From Phycisphaera mikurensis NBRC 102666 (GTDB lineage Bacteria > Planctomycetota > Phycisphaerae > Phycisphaerales > Phycisphaeraceae): DNA of 32,000 bases. This document shows positions 15,684 through 24,458 of this stretch, one piece after another. A program made the translations under genes and the position numbers. Where the stretch lies: positions 270,001-302,000 of the forward strand of contig NC_017080.1 in assembly GCF_000284115.1 (NCBI RefSeq), read 5' to 3'. Position 1 is the first letter of the stretch; the number at the start of each line of letters is the position of its first letter. Under the pieces are notes generated by a model that worked only from the letters and a program-made list of their open reading frames with translations, did no database searches and was not told the origin of the DNA.

Positions 15684-16811
15684 CTAGCCGCCCGCTGGGG
15701 CGGGAGGCTGCGGATCCGCGGACCGCCGGCGTTCCGGGTCCGAACCGTCGACGGTCCGCGGGTGGTGGGGTTCCACACCGCGGAACCGCCACCGGCCGCG
15801 CAGCCGCGCGATGGCCCAGGGGAGGGGGACGAGCAGCGTGACGGCGGCGGCGGCCGGCGCGTGCCGGAGGCTCCGCAGCGTGGGCCGGCCGCCGAGGAGC
15901 GCGAGCGTGGTCGCGGTCCAGACGATTCCCACGGCGAAGAAGCCGGTCACCGCTTCGATCGTCGAGCCGTCGATCCACCAGGCGATGGGCAGCAGGAGCA
16001 GGGCGATCCCGGCGGCAGCCATCAGGCCGTACAGGCGCTGGCGGAGGTGGGGGACCCCCAGCCGCGGATCCAGCTGCGCGTACGGCTGCGGGAACCTGCT
16101 CCGCAGGAGCCCGTCCATCTCGTACCGGCGCGCGAGCTTCAGCGGCGTGGCCCACCCCCGCGGCACGGGCGGATGAACGACCTCCGCCGCCGGGTGCCAG
16201 CGGATCTCCCCGCCGCTGGCGAGGATCTGGAACGCGAAGTCGCTGTCCTCCCGGAAGGGCACCGGATAGCGCTCGTCGAAGCGGATGCCCCGCTCGACGA
16301 TCCAGGAGCGGTCGACCAGCAGGTTGCAGGTCGGGTAGCGCCCGCCGTCGCGGTTGTCGGTCTGGTGCGTGAAGGGTGTCCGTTGCGCCGCGGGCTCGAC
16401 CACGGTCCGGCCCTCGACGGCGGCGGGCGGATCCGGCCCGTCGAAGGGCTCGAGCCCGCGGCGGAGCCAGCCGGCCCGCGGCAGCACGTCGGCGTCGAGC
16501 AGCGCAACGATCGGGGCGGCCGCCGCGTCGATCCCGCGGTTGCGCGCGGCGGCGGGCCCGGCGGGTTCCTGCCGCAGGACACGGAGCGCGAGCCCGGACC
16601 CCGCGGCGTGGGCGATGGCTCGGGCGTCGCCCACGCCCGCGGGCGTGCCGTCGTCGACGACGATCACCTCGAAGGCTTCGGCGCCCAGGTCCTGCGCGGC
16701 CAGGGCACCGACGGCGGCGGCGAGCCGGTCCAGGCCGCCGCGGACCGGGATCACCACGGCCGCGCGGGGGCCGCGGTCCGCGGATCCGGGCTCGGCGGGC
16801 GGGGCGGTCAC
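15684..16811 (-). CDS. GT2 glycosyltransferase with C-terminal transmembrane helices (possible polyprenyl-phosphate sugar synthase)
   Basis: This is the 3' part of ORF 15684..18305(-). The GTG at 16811..16809 overlaps the upstream TGA (GTGA). GT-A motifs are AAVVIPVRGG, FEVIVVDDGT and ALLDADVLP. The C-terminal helices are LYGLMAAAGIALLLLPIAWW, FFAVGIVWTATTLALLGG and AAAVTLLVPLPWAIA. Confidence 0.75.
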   Translation of the reverse strand: MTAPPAEPGSADRGPRAAVVIPVRGGLDRLAAAVGALAAQDLGAEAFEVIVVDDGTPAGVGDARAIAHAAGSGLALRVLRQEPAGPAAARNRGIDAAAAPIVALLDADVLPRAGWLRRGLEPFDGPDPPAAVEGRTVVEPAAQRTPFTHQTDNRDGGRYPTCNLLVDRSWIVERGIRFDERYPVPFREDSDFAFQILASGGEIRWHPAAEVVHPPVPRGWATPLKLARRYEMDGLLRSRFPQPYAQLDPRLGVPHLRQRLYGLMAAAGIALLLLPIAWWIDGSTIEAVTGFFAVGIVWTATTLALLGGRPTLRSLRHAPAAAAVTLLVPLPWAIARLRGRWRFRGVEPHHPRTVDGSDPERRRSADPQPPAPAGG

Positions 16812-18352
16812 GGCCGCAGCATGACCCGGATGGCCCGGCGCGGGTCCAGCCCGCTCCGCCAGCGGACCTCCCCCGCCGCCAGGCCCGCGGCCGCCGCGGC
16901 GCGGCGGGCCCGGTCGTCGAGCGGCTCGAGCGCGAGCACGGCGGCCGGCGGCACGCCCGCTTTCTCGAGCTCGCGGCCCGACATCGCCCGGCGGTCGGCG
17001 AGGAAGGCCAGCGTGGTGGCGGTGGAATTGTCGGCCAGCAGCACCGCGGCCGGCGGCGTGTTCGCGCGAAGCCACGCGGCGGCCTCGGCCACGGGCGCGA
17101 CGCCGCCGTCGGCGTAGACCCGCAGCGGCTCGGGGCTGCGTTGCTCGTGGAGCACCTCCACGAGCGCCACGGCGTTCATCCCGATCGCGGCGGCGAGCGC
17201 CGCGGGCACCGCCAGCCGGAGCGGGCGCTTCCAAGCCCGCGGGGGGGCGGCGTGGACGGCGGCGTCCACGCGGGCGGCGAGCGTCCACCAGCCAAGCAGC
17301 AGCAGGGGGAGGATCGGCAGCACGTAGCGGTCGTGCACGCCGTAGGCGCTCCACTGCAGCACGAGAAGCGCGGGGAGGATCAGCCACAGCGGGCGGAGCG
17401 GGCGGCTCGCCGCCAGGGCGAGCCCCGCGGCGAGCAGCACGCAGGCGGCGGCGGTGGCGGCGGGGCCGACGTCCAGCGCGAACACCGCCTCGGGCAGGCT
17501 CTCGGTGACCAGCTCGGGCAGGCGCCGGGTGAGGGAGCGGTGCAGCCAGCGGCCCGGGTCGCCGCGGAGCCGGCCGAGCAGGACGCCCGCGTCGTCGCGC
17601 ACCGCGGCGGAGGCGAGCCACGCGAGGCCCGCCGCCGCGGGCGCCCCCAGCAGCAGGGCCGCGAGCCGCCCCCGGGCCCGCGCGCGGGCCAGCTCCACCG
17701 CGAGCGCCAGCGCCACCGCCGCGGCGACGACCACCCAGACCGAGCGGAAGGCGGCGCAGCCCAGCAAGCCCCCGCCGACGAGCAGCCAGCCGGCGACCGG
17801 TCGCCGCGGGCGGCCGCCGGACGCCTCCCGCCACGCCCACCCCAGCAGCACGGCGAGGACGCCGGCGGCGAAGGGCAGGTCGGCGCGGGCGGCGAGGCCG
17901 TAGCTCAACCACGCCTCGCTCACGCCCAGCAGCCCCGTCACCACCACGGCCACCGGCCGCCCGGCCACGCGGCGGATCCAGAGGAAGCAAACCGCCAGCC
18001 CCGCCGCCCAGCAGGCGCCGACGAAGAGCACCGGCACGAGCACCGAGTCCGGACCAAGCAGCCGGAAGCCCGCGGCCGCGATCCACGGCAGGCCGATCGA
18101 CAGCGGCGCGTCCAGCCCGTCGGGGTGCGTGAAGCCGGTGCCGCGGGCGATCGACCGGCCGACGGACAGCGCGACGGCTCCGTCGCTCTCGGGCCGCCAG
18201 CGGCCGTTGGAGAACGCCAGGAACCACAGCGCGAGCGCCGGCGGGAGCCACCGCCGGTTCCGATCCGCCCAGGCGAGGACGCGCGGGGCCGCTCCGGGCC
18301 CGCACGGTGCCTCCGCCGCGCTCGACCCGCCCGGTTCGCCCGCGGCGTTCAA
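16808..18352 (-). CDS. GT-C fold membrane glycosyltransferase (ArnT/PMT-like, family 39/83-like)
   Basis: This is the 3' part of ORF 16808..19180(-). The proposed TTG start at 18352..18350 overlaps the upstream TGA (TTGA). About 514 aa and polytopic. The first loop carries an acidic motif, FSNGRWRPESDGAVALSVGRSIARGTGF, and a soluble C-terminal domain follows. The start is uncertain. Confidence 0.6.
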   Translation of the reverse strand: MNAAGEPGGSSAAEAPCGPGAAPRVLAWADRNRRWLPPALALWFLAFSNGRWRPESDGAVALSVGRSIARGTGFTHPDGLDAPLSIGLPWIAAAGFRLLGPDSVLVPVLFVGACWAAGLAVCFLWIRRVAGRPVAVVVTGLLGVSEAWLSYGLAARADLPFAAGVLAVLLGWAWREASGGRPRRPVAGWLLVGGGLLGCAAFRSVWVVVAAAVALALAVELARARARGRLAALLLGAPAAAGLAWLASAAVRDDAGVLLGRLRGDPGRWLHRSLTRRLPELVTESLPEAVFALDVGPAATAAACVLLAAGLALAASRPLRPLWLILPALLVLQWSAYGVHDRYVLPILPLLLLGWWTLAARVDAAVHAAPPRAWKRPLRLAVPAALAAAIGMNAVALVEVLHEQRSPEPLRVYADGGVAPVAEAAAWLRANTPPAAVLLADNSTATTLAFLADRRAMSGRELEKAGVPPAAVLALEPLDDRARRAAAAAGLAAGEVRWRSGLDPRRAIRVMLRP

Positions 18353-19488
18353 GCCAACGCCTTCTCGATCATGCGCTCGTACGTCTCCGCCACGGACTCC
18401 ACGCTGAAGCGCTCCAGCCACGACAGCGGCGTCGACGCGTGCCGCCCGGCCGCGGCGTCGGCGAGCGCGGCGTCCATCGCCGCGGCCAGCGGGGCGGCCT
18501 CGCCCACCGGGACGAGCCGGCCGTGCGTCCCGCCGTCGAGGATCTCCCGCGGGCCGCTGGGGCAGTCGGTGCTGACGACGGGCGTGCCCACCGCGAGCGC
18601 CTCGATGAGGACGGTGGGGAGCCCCTCGTAGCGGCTGGACAGGGCGAAGAGGTCGGCGGCGCGGAGGTTGCCCAGCGCGTCGGCGGTGAAGCCGGGCAGG
18701 TCGAAGCGGTCGTCGATGCCGAGGCGGCGGGCCTGCGCCCAGAGCTCGTCCATGCCGGCCCCGAGCCCGAAGATCACCAGCCGCGGAGCCGGCGTGTGCT
18801 CGAGCTGCGCGAAAGCCTCCAGCAGCAGCGGGAAGTCTTTCTGCACGCCGACGCGGCCCATGCCCAGCACCACCGGGCCGCCGGGCTCGCGGAAGAAGCG
18901 GTGCAGCGCGTCGCCGGCGGGCGGCGCGTCGTCGGCCCCGCCGCTCCGCCACGCGGCGAGCTCGGCGGCGGTCACCACGGCGTTGTAGACGACGGTGAAG
19001 CCCTCCCGCGGCAGGCCCGAGAGCTGCGCGTAGTCGTCGGCCACGCCCGCGGACACCGCCGCCCGCGCCGCGGCAAGGGGGTAGACCAGGCGGCAGGCCC
19101 GGTGGCTGTACCGCCGCGGCGAGAGCGGCCCCAGCTCCGCCAGCGAGGTGCTCCAGTTCGTGTGCTCGATGGGGATGCACGCCGTGCCGGCGAGCTGCGA
19201 ACCGATCACCGACAGCTCGCAGTTGACGTGCTGGCTGGCGAGCACGCAGTCGGCGGGCTGCGCTCCGAGCGTCCTCCGCAGCCCCAGCACGCGGCCGGGC
19301 AGCGAGGTGGCGCCGGTCCGGTGCACGTCGATGCCCTCGGGGAAGAACCGGAAGGCCTCGGTGAAGCCGTCGCGGTCAAGCACCAGCCGCACCTCGTGCC
19401 CGCGATCCATCAGCCCCCCGGCGAGGTTGCCCATCGCCCGCTCGATCCCGCCCGCGTAGAGCCGGTGGAGGTGGATCACGAGCTTCAT
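18349..19488 (-). CDS. GT4 (group 1) glycosyltransferase
   Basis: ORF 18349..19488(-), 379 aa, starting MKLVIHLHRLYAGGIERAMGNLAGGLMDRGHEV. The GT4 C-terminal signature is SRYEGLPTVLIEALAVGTPVVSTDCPSGPREIL. Confidence 0.85.
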   Translation of the reverse strand: MKLVIHLHRLYAGGIERAMGNLAGGLMDRGHEVRLVLDRDGFTEAFRFFPEGIDVHRTGATSLPGRVLGLRRTLGAQPADCVLASQHVNCELSVIGSQLAGTACIPIEHTNWSTSLAELGPLSPRRYSHRACRLVYPLAAARAAVSAGVADDYAQLSGLPREGFTVVYNAVVTAAELAAWRSGGADDAPPAGDALHRFFREPGGPVVLGMGRVGVQKDFPLLLEAFAQLEHTPAPRLVIFGLGAGMDELWAQARRLGIDDRFDLPGFTADALGNLRAADLFALSSRYEGLPTVLIEALAVGTPVVSTDCPSGPREILDGGTHGRLVPVGEAAPLAAAMDAALADAAAGRHASTPLSWLERFSVESVAETYERMIEKALA

Positions 19489-19537
19489 GCGGCGGTTTTA
19501 GCGGAAGCGGCAACCCGAGGAGCGACGCGGCCGGGGG

Positions 19538-20296
19538 TTGATCGGAAACCCGGGCGGGGCGCTAACGTCCCCCATCGACGCAGCCTCCCCCGATGAAGAC
19601 GCCGGCGGCGGCGTGCTGCACCTCATCGCCCACCAGGCGCTGCTCGCGGGGCTGTGCCAATTCATCCCCGTGCCCTTCGTCGACGATCTCGCGGGCGACC
19701 GGGTCCGGCGGTCGCTGGTGGCGAAGCTGCTGGAGCGGAGGGGCCGCTCCTTCGGGGCGCCCGCCGTCAGGCCGCTCTACGCGGGGCCGCCGACCTCGGG
19801 CCTCGCACGGGCCGCCGGCTTCACGAAGTCGCTGATCCTCAAGCCCGTCAAGAAGCTGCTGCGGACGGTCTTCCTCTTCGTGACGATCCGCCGGGCGGTG
19901 CTCGACGCGGCCGCGGCGCTGCTGCTGGGCCGCAGCCTCGACCGCCGCCTCGCGGCGGGCGGCTTCGCGGACGGCACGCCCGCCGACCGGCTCGAGGCCG
20001 AGGCGGCGGCGCTGGAGGCGGCGGTCCGCGGCGTGCTCGGCTCGCCCGAGCGGCGCGGGCTGGTGCGGCTGGTCCGCGGGAGCTTCGCGGCGCTGCGGGA
20101 GGAGGGCCTGGACGGCCCGCCGACGCCCGCAGCGCTCGAAGCCGCCGGCGGCGACCCCGAGGGCGCGCTCTCGCGGAGGCAGCGCAGCCGGCTCGCCGCG
20201 GCCGCGGACCGGCTGGGGCGGGAACTCGGCGGCGGGGAGGCCGGCGGCGTGCTCGCCCGCCTCGACGCCGCCGTCGACGCTCGCCTCGGCAACTGA
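19538..20296 (+). CDS. hypothetical protein
   Basis: ORF 19538..20296(+). Protein-like composition (LHLIAHQALLAGLCQFIPVPFVDDLAGDRVRRSLVAKLLERRG...LILKPVKKLLRTVFLFVTIRRAVLDAAAALLLG) with G/C-rich third positions. The antisense ORF is Arg/Glu junk. The start is TTG 19538 or an in-frame GTG at 19613. Confidence 0.5.
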   Translation: MIGNPGGALTSPIDAASPDEDAGGGVLHLIAHQALLAGLCQFIPVPFVDDLAGDRVRRSLVAKLLERRGRSFGAPAVRPLYAGPPTSGLARAAGFTKSLILKPVKKLLRTVFLFVTIRRAVLDAAAALLLGRSLDRRLAAGGFADGTPADRLEAEAAALEAAVRGVLGSPERRGLVRLVRGSFAALREEGLDGPPTPAALEAAGGDPEGALSRRQRSRLAAAADRLGRELGGGEAGGVLARLDAAVDARLGN

Positions 20297-20384
20297 AGCA
20301 TTCCGGCCCGGCAACCGATGACCGGCACTCCGGGCGGCGCAGGACGCGCCGCCCGCCCAGACGAACCTTTCGCGGGATCATGGC

Positions 20385-22019
20385 TTGAGCAGCATCCCGA
20401 CGAACACGCCGCCCGCGGGCTCCGCCGACCGGCTTGCGCCGCAGGAGGCGCAGCCCACGCCGGTGCCGGATCCGGTCGAGGCCGGGCCCGCCCCGACGCC
20501 GAGCGGCGCCAACGCGGCGGCCCCGATGCGCTCGCTCCGCCAGCGGGCCGTCAACGGGGGGCTGTGGACCATCTTCGGCTTCGGGGGCGGCCAGGGCCTC
20601 CGCCTGGTGTCCAACATCCTGCTCGCCCAGGTGCTCCTCAAGGAGGACTTCGGCCTCATGGGCATGGTGTCGGTGGTCATGGCCGGCCTGCTGATGTTCT
20701 CGGACATCGGGATCGGCCCGGCGGTGATCCAGAACCGCCGGACCGACGACGCCTTCCTCAACACCGCCTGGACGATCCAAGCCGCCCGGGGGTTCCTGCT
20801 GTGGGCGGGGGCCGCGCTGCTGGCGGTCCCGGTGGCGGCCTTCTTCAGCGCCCCGTCGCTGGTGTGGGTGCTGCCGGTGGCCTCGGCCACGGCGGCGATC
20901 CAGGGCCTGCGGAGCACGAACTGGTTCAGCGCCAACCGGAACCTGTCGGTCCGCGGGATGATGTTCATCGAGCTCGGCACGGTGGTCGTGCAGGCGGTGG
21001 TGATGGTGGCCTGGGCGTACGGCGTGGACGCCTCGGTCTGGGCGCTGGTCGCCGGCGGCCTCGTGTCGACGGCCTTCCACACCGTCCTCAGCCACCTGCT
21101 GCCGGGCATCCGCAACCGGATCACGATCGACCGCGAGGCCGCCGGGGAGCTGATCCGCTTCGGCCGCTGGCTGTTCCTCTCGACGATCGTCACCTTCTTC
21201 GCGATGCACCTGGACAAGCTGTTCCTGGGTGCCTTCATGACGACGGGCGCCTTCGGCGTCTACTACATCGGCCAGCAGCTCGCGAACCTCGGGCCGACGC
21301 TGGCGTCGAAGGTCGCCCAGCTCGTCGGCTTCCCCACGCTCTCGGAGGTCCACCGGGGCCGGCCCGCCGAGTTCGACCGGCTGTTCCTGAAGCTGCGGGT
21401 GGCGTCGGTGCTGCCGATGATCGTGCTGCTGCAGCTGCTGGTGCTGCTGGGGCCGAGCCTCTTCTACCTGCTCTACCCCGTGCCGCTGTGGGGTGCCGGC
21501 TGGATCGTTCAGCTGCTGGCCATCGCGGGCATGACCTCGCTGGTGGGCGTGAGCTACGGCAACGCCTTCATGGCCAAGGGCCACACGCTCTCGAACATGC
21601 TCACCGTCACGGCGCAGGTGGCGATCACGGCGGTCGCCGTCTCGGCGGGCTTCTACCTCGGCGGCGAGACCGGCTTCCTGCTGGCGCTGGGGGTGGTGCA
21701 GCTGGCGAAGCACCCGGTCGACGCGTGGCTCGCCGACCGGCTGGGTTGCTGGCAGCCGCGCTTCGACCTCCCGGTGCTCGCGTTGGTCGTGCTCCTGTCG
21801 CTGGGCGCCGTCGCCGGCTCGCAGGCGCTCGCTCCGTCTTCGATCGCGTTGGGGGCGCAGGTGCGGGCGGCGGCGGCGGAGCTCAAGAGCGACGTCAAGC
21901 AGCGGCTGGGCTTGGGGCTGGGGCTTGGAACGGGCGGGGCGGAGGACGCAGCGCTCGGCGCCGGGGCGCCGGAGCCGGCGGCCGGGCGGGAGGGCCCGCG
22001 GGAGGCGGTGCGCCCATGA
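20385..22019 (+). CDS. wzx: Wzx-type oligosaccharide/polysaccharide flippase (MOP superfamily), copy 1
   Basis: ORF 20385..22019(+), 544 aa and polytopic. It contains FGLMGMVSVVMAGLLMFSDIGIGPAVIQ and is colinear with the second copy at 24459. Its TGA overlaps the next ATG (ATGA, 22016-22019). The TTG start at 20385 is supported by high G/C at third positions up to the alternative ATG at 20526. Confidence 0.8.
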   Translation: MSSIPTNTPPAGSADRLAPQEAQPTPVPDPVEAGPAPTPSGANAAAPMRSLRQRAVNGGLWTIFGFGGGQGLRLVSNILLAQVLLKEDFGLMGMVSVVMAGLLMFSDIGIGPAVIQNRRTDDAFLNTAWTIQAARGFLLWAGAALLAVPVAAFFSAPSLVWVLPVASATAAIQGLRSTNWFSANRNLSVRGMMFIELGTVVVQAVVMVAWAYGVDASVWALVAGGLVSTAFHTVLSHLLPGIRNRITIDREAAGELIRFGRWLFLSTIVTFFAMHLDKLFLGAFMTTGAFGVYYIGQQLANLGPTLASKVAQLVGFPTLSEVHRGRPAEFDRLFLKLRVASVLPMIVLLQLLVLLGPSLFYLLYPVPLWGAGWIVQLLAIAGMTSLVGVSYGNAFMAKGHTLSNMLTVTAQVAITAVAVSAGFYLGGETGFLLALGVVQLAKHPVDAWLADRLGCWQPRFDLPVLALVVLLSLGAVAGSQALAPSSIALGAQVRAAAAELKSDVKQRLGLGLGLGTGGAEDAALGAGAPEPAAGREGPREAVRP

Positions 22020-23077
22020 GCGCAACGCCGGCACCGGCTCGGCCCGCCACGCCCGCGGATGCGGCCGCCGCGGCCCCGCGGGTGAGCGTCCTGATGCCCG
22101 CGCGCGACGCGGCGGGCTTCATCGGCGACTCGGCCCGCTCCGTGCTCGCGGAGGCGGGCGTGGCGCTGGAGCTGGTGGTCGTCGACGACGGCTCGACCGA
22201 CGGCACGGCGGCCGTGCTCGCCGGGATCGACGACCCGCGGCTGCGGGTGGTGCCCGGGCCGCGGCGCGGCATCTCCGCGGCGCTCAACGCCGCGGCGGCC
22301 GCCGCCCGCGGAAGCTTCCTCGCCCGCTGCGACGCCGACGACTTCTTCCCCGCCGGCGGTCGGCTCGGCCCGCAGCTCGGGCTGCTGGACGCCCGGCCCG
22401 ACGCCGTGGCGGTCGCCGGCGGCTACGCCTCCATGGACGCCCGCGGCCGCGACCTCGCGGTGATGGACACCGGCGCCGCGGAGGCCGACCTCACCGAGGA
22501 GCTCCGCGGCGGCCGCACCCGCACGCACCTGGGCACGTGGCTGATCCGCCGGTCCGCCTGGGAGGCCGTCGGCGGGGCGCGGAGCTGGTTCGAGAGCGCC
22601 GAGGACCTCGACCTGCAGTGCCGCCTGGCGGGCGAGGGCCGCGTGCTCTACCGGCCGGGGGTCGCCTACCGCTACCGCCTGCACGACGCCTCGATCACCC
22701 ACCGCCTTGTCAGCGCGCGGCGAACGTTCTTCGACGAAGCGGTCACCCGCTTCGCGTCCCAGCGGGCCGCGGGCGGACCCGACGACCTCGAGCGTGGGCG
22801 GCCGCCCGAGCCGCCGGGCGAGTCCACGCACGCGGGCGGACCCGGCCCGGCGGCTCCGGGGCACGCCCGGAGCCTGTCGGCGCGGCAGCAGGCGCAGGGC
22901 CACCTGATGGCCGCCGCCGGCCGCGCCACCGCGGAGGGCCGCCGGGTCGAGGCGCTCCGCCTGCTGGGCCGAGCGTTCGCGGCCGACCCCGCCGCGATCC
23001 GGCGCTGGCACCACCTCGGCCAGCAGGCCGCCTCGGCCCTGATGCGGCCGACCGGCGGCCGGGGGTCGGCCCGGTGA
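22016..23077 (+). CDS. GT2 glycosyltransferase
   Basis: This is the 3' part of ORF 20318..23077(+), with ATG at 22016 (MSATPAPARP...). GT-A motifs are VSVLMPARDAAGFI, LVVVDDGSTDGT and ARCDADDFF. Confidence 0.8.
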   Translation: MSATPAPARPATPADAAAAAPRVSVLMPARDAAGFIGDSARSVLAEAGVALELVVVDDGSTDGTAAVLAGIDDPRLRVVPGPRRGISAALNAAAAAARGSFLARCDADDFFPAGGRLGPQLGLLDARPDAVAVAGGYASMDARGRDLAVMDTGAAEADLTEELRGGRTRTHLGTWLIRRSAWEAVGGARSWFESAEDLDLQCRLAGEGRVLYRPGVAYRYRLHDASITHRLVSARRTFFDEAVTRFASQRAAGGPDDLERGRPPEPPGESTHAGGPGPAAPGHARSLSARQQAQGHLMAAAGRATAEGRRVEALRLLGRAFAADPAAIRRWHHLGQQAASALMRPTGGRGSAR

Positions 23078-23167
23078 GCGTGGCTGGCCCCGGCACCCCA
23101 CGCGGGGTAGAACGTTCGGAGGGAAGGCCGCGGCCGCGCGGCTCCGGGGGCGGAAGGAGCGCTTGTC

Positions 23168-24421
23168 TTGCTTGATGAACCGACCCGACGGGCCGCCGCT
23201 GCCCCGCCCGCCGGCGGGACCCCGCGCCCCCCGCGCGTCGCGACGGCGCCCAGCGGCGACCGCTGCGACTGGGTCGACCACGCCCGCGGCCTGGGGATCC
23301 TGCTGGTGGTCTACGGCCACGTCATGCGGGGGCTGCTGCGCTCGGGGATCGTGCCCCAGAACGCGTTCCTGGAGAAGCTCGACCAGGCGATCTACGCCTT
23401 CCACATGCCGCTGTTCTTCTTCCTCTCGGGGATGTACTTCCTGCCCTCGCTGCGGCGTCGCGGGCCGGTGGCGCTGGGCCTGTGGAAGGTCGACACGGTG
23501 CTGTACCCCTACCTGGTCTGGTCGATCCTCCACGGCTCGGTGCGGGTGGCGCTGGCCGAGCGGACCAACCACGACCCGCTCGGCGTCCTCGACGTGCTGC
23601 GGGTCTGGGTGCCGATCGACCAGTACTGGTTCCTCTTCGGGCTCTTCTTCATCTTCCTCCTCGCCACGCTCCCTTTCGCGGCGTGGATCCCGCGGCAGCC
23701 GCGCACCGGGCTGGCGCTGCTGCTGATCGGCTCGTTGGCGGTCTACGGCGGCGGGGTGGACGTGCCCTTCGTCTGGCAGGAGGTCTTCGTGTTCCCCTTC
23801 CTGCTGCACTTCGCCCTGGGCGTCCTGGTGGCGACGGCCGCGGCCGCGTCGGGGCGTCGCTGGTCGGGGCCGCGGACCGGGGCCGGGCTGCTCGCCGGCG
23901 CGCTGGCGGTGGCGGGGCTGCTCGCCGCGGTCCGCGGCGGGGATCTCCTGCGCGAGGGCATGTCCTTCGAGGGCGGTGCCGATGCGCTGATCCTCGCCAT
24001 CGCCGGCATCGCCGGCACCTGCGGGCTCGCACGCCTCACGGCCGCCGCCGGCCTCGGCGGGCTGACGGCGCTGGGGGCCGGGTCGCTGCTCATCTACCTC
24101 GCCCACACCCTGCCGGCCGGCGGGGTGCGGATCCTGCTGGACCAAGGGCTCGGCTTCACGCAGCCGGGCGTGCACCTCGCGCTGGGCCTCGTCGTCGCGC
24201 TGGGGGTGCCGCTGGCCTTCGCCCGGCTCGCGGGACCGCGGCGGACCGGGCTGCTGCTGCGGGCGCCGGCGTGGCTCTCGTGCACCCGCCTCGCGGCGTG
24301 GTGGGCCGGCCGACCCCGCGGCGCCGCCGCGGGCCCGGCGGCGGGCCACGCCGGGGAGGCTGCGCTGGCGGCGCCGCCGGCGGCCGCACAGGCCGAAGGA
24401 AGCGGGTCGATCCGCCGATAG
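23168..24421 (+). CDS. membrane acyltransferase family 3 protein (probable glycan O-acyl/acetyltransferase)
   Basis: ORF 23168..24421(+), 417 aa, TTG start. It contains DWVDHARGLGILLVVYGHV and YAFHMPLFFFLSG, typical of Acyl_transf_3, and is polytopic. Confidence 0.75.
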   Translation: MLDEPTRRAAAAPPAGGTPRPPRVATAPSGDRCDWVDHARGLGILLVVYGHVMRGLLRSGIVPQNAFLEKLDQAIYAFHMPLFFFLSGMYFLPSLRRRGPVALGLWKVDTVLYPYLVWSILHGSVRVALAERTNHDPLGVLDVLRVWVPIDQYWFLFGLFFIFLLATLPFAAWIPRQPRTGLALLLIGSLAVYGGGVDVPFVWQEVFVFPFLLHFALGVLVATAAAASGRRWSGPRTGAGLLAGALAVAGLLAAVRGGDLLREGMSFEGGADALILAIAGIAGTCGLARLTAAAGLGGLTALGAGSLLIYLAHTLPAGGVRILLDQGLGFTQPGVHLALGLVVALGVPLAFARLAGPRRTGLLLRAPAWLSCTRLAAWWAGRPRGAAAGPAAGHAGEAALAAPPAAAQAEGSGSIRR

Positions 24422-24458
24422 CCTCGTCTCCGGGGGCTCCCGCTCCCGGCCGCACCGC

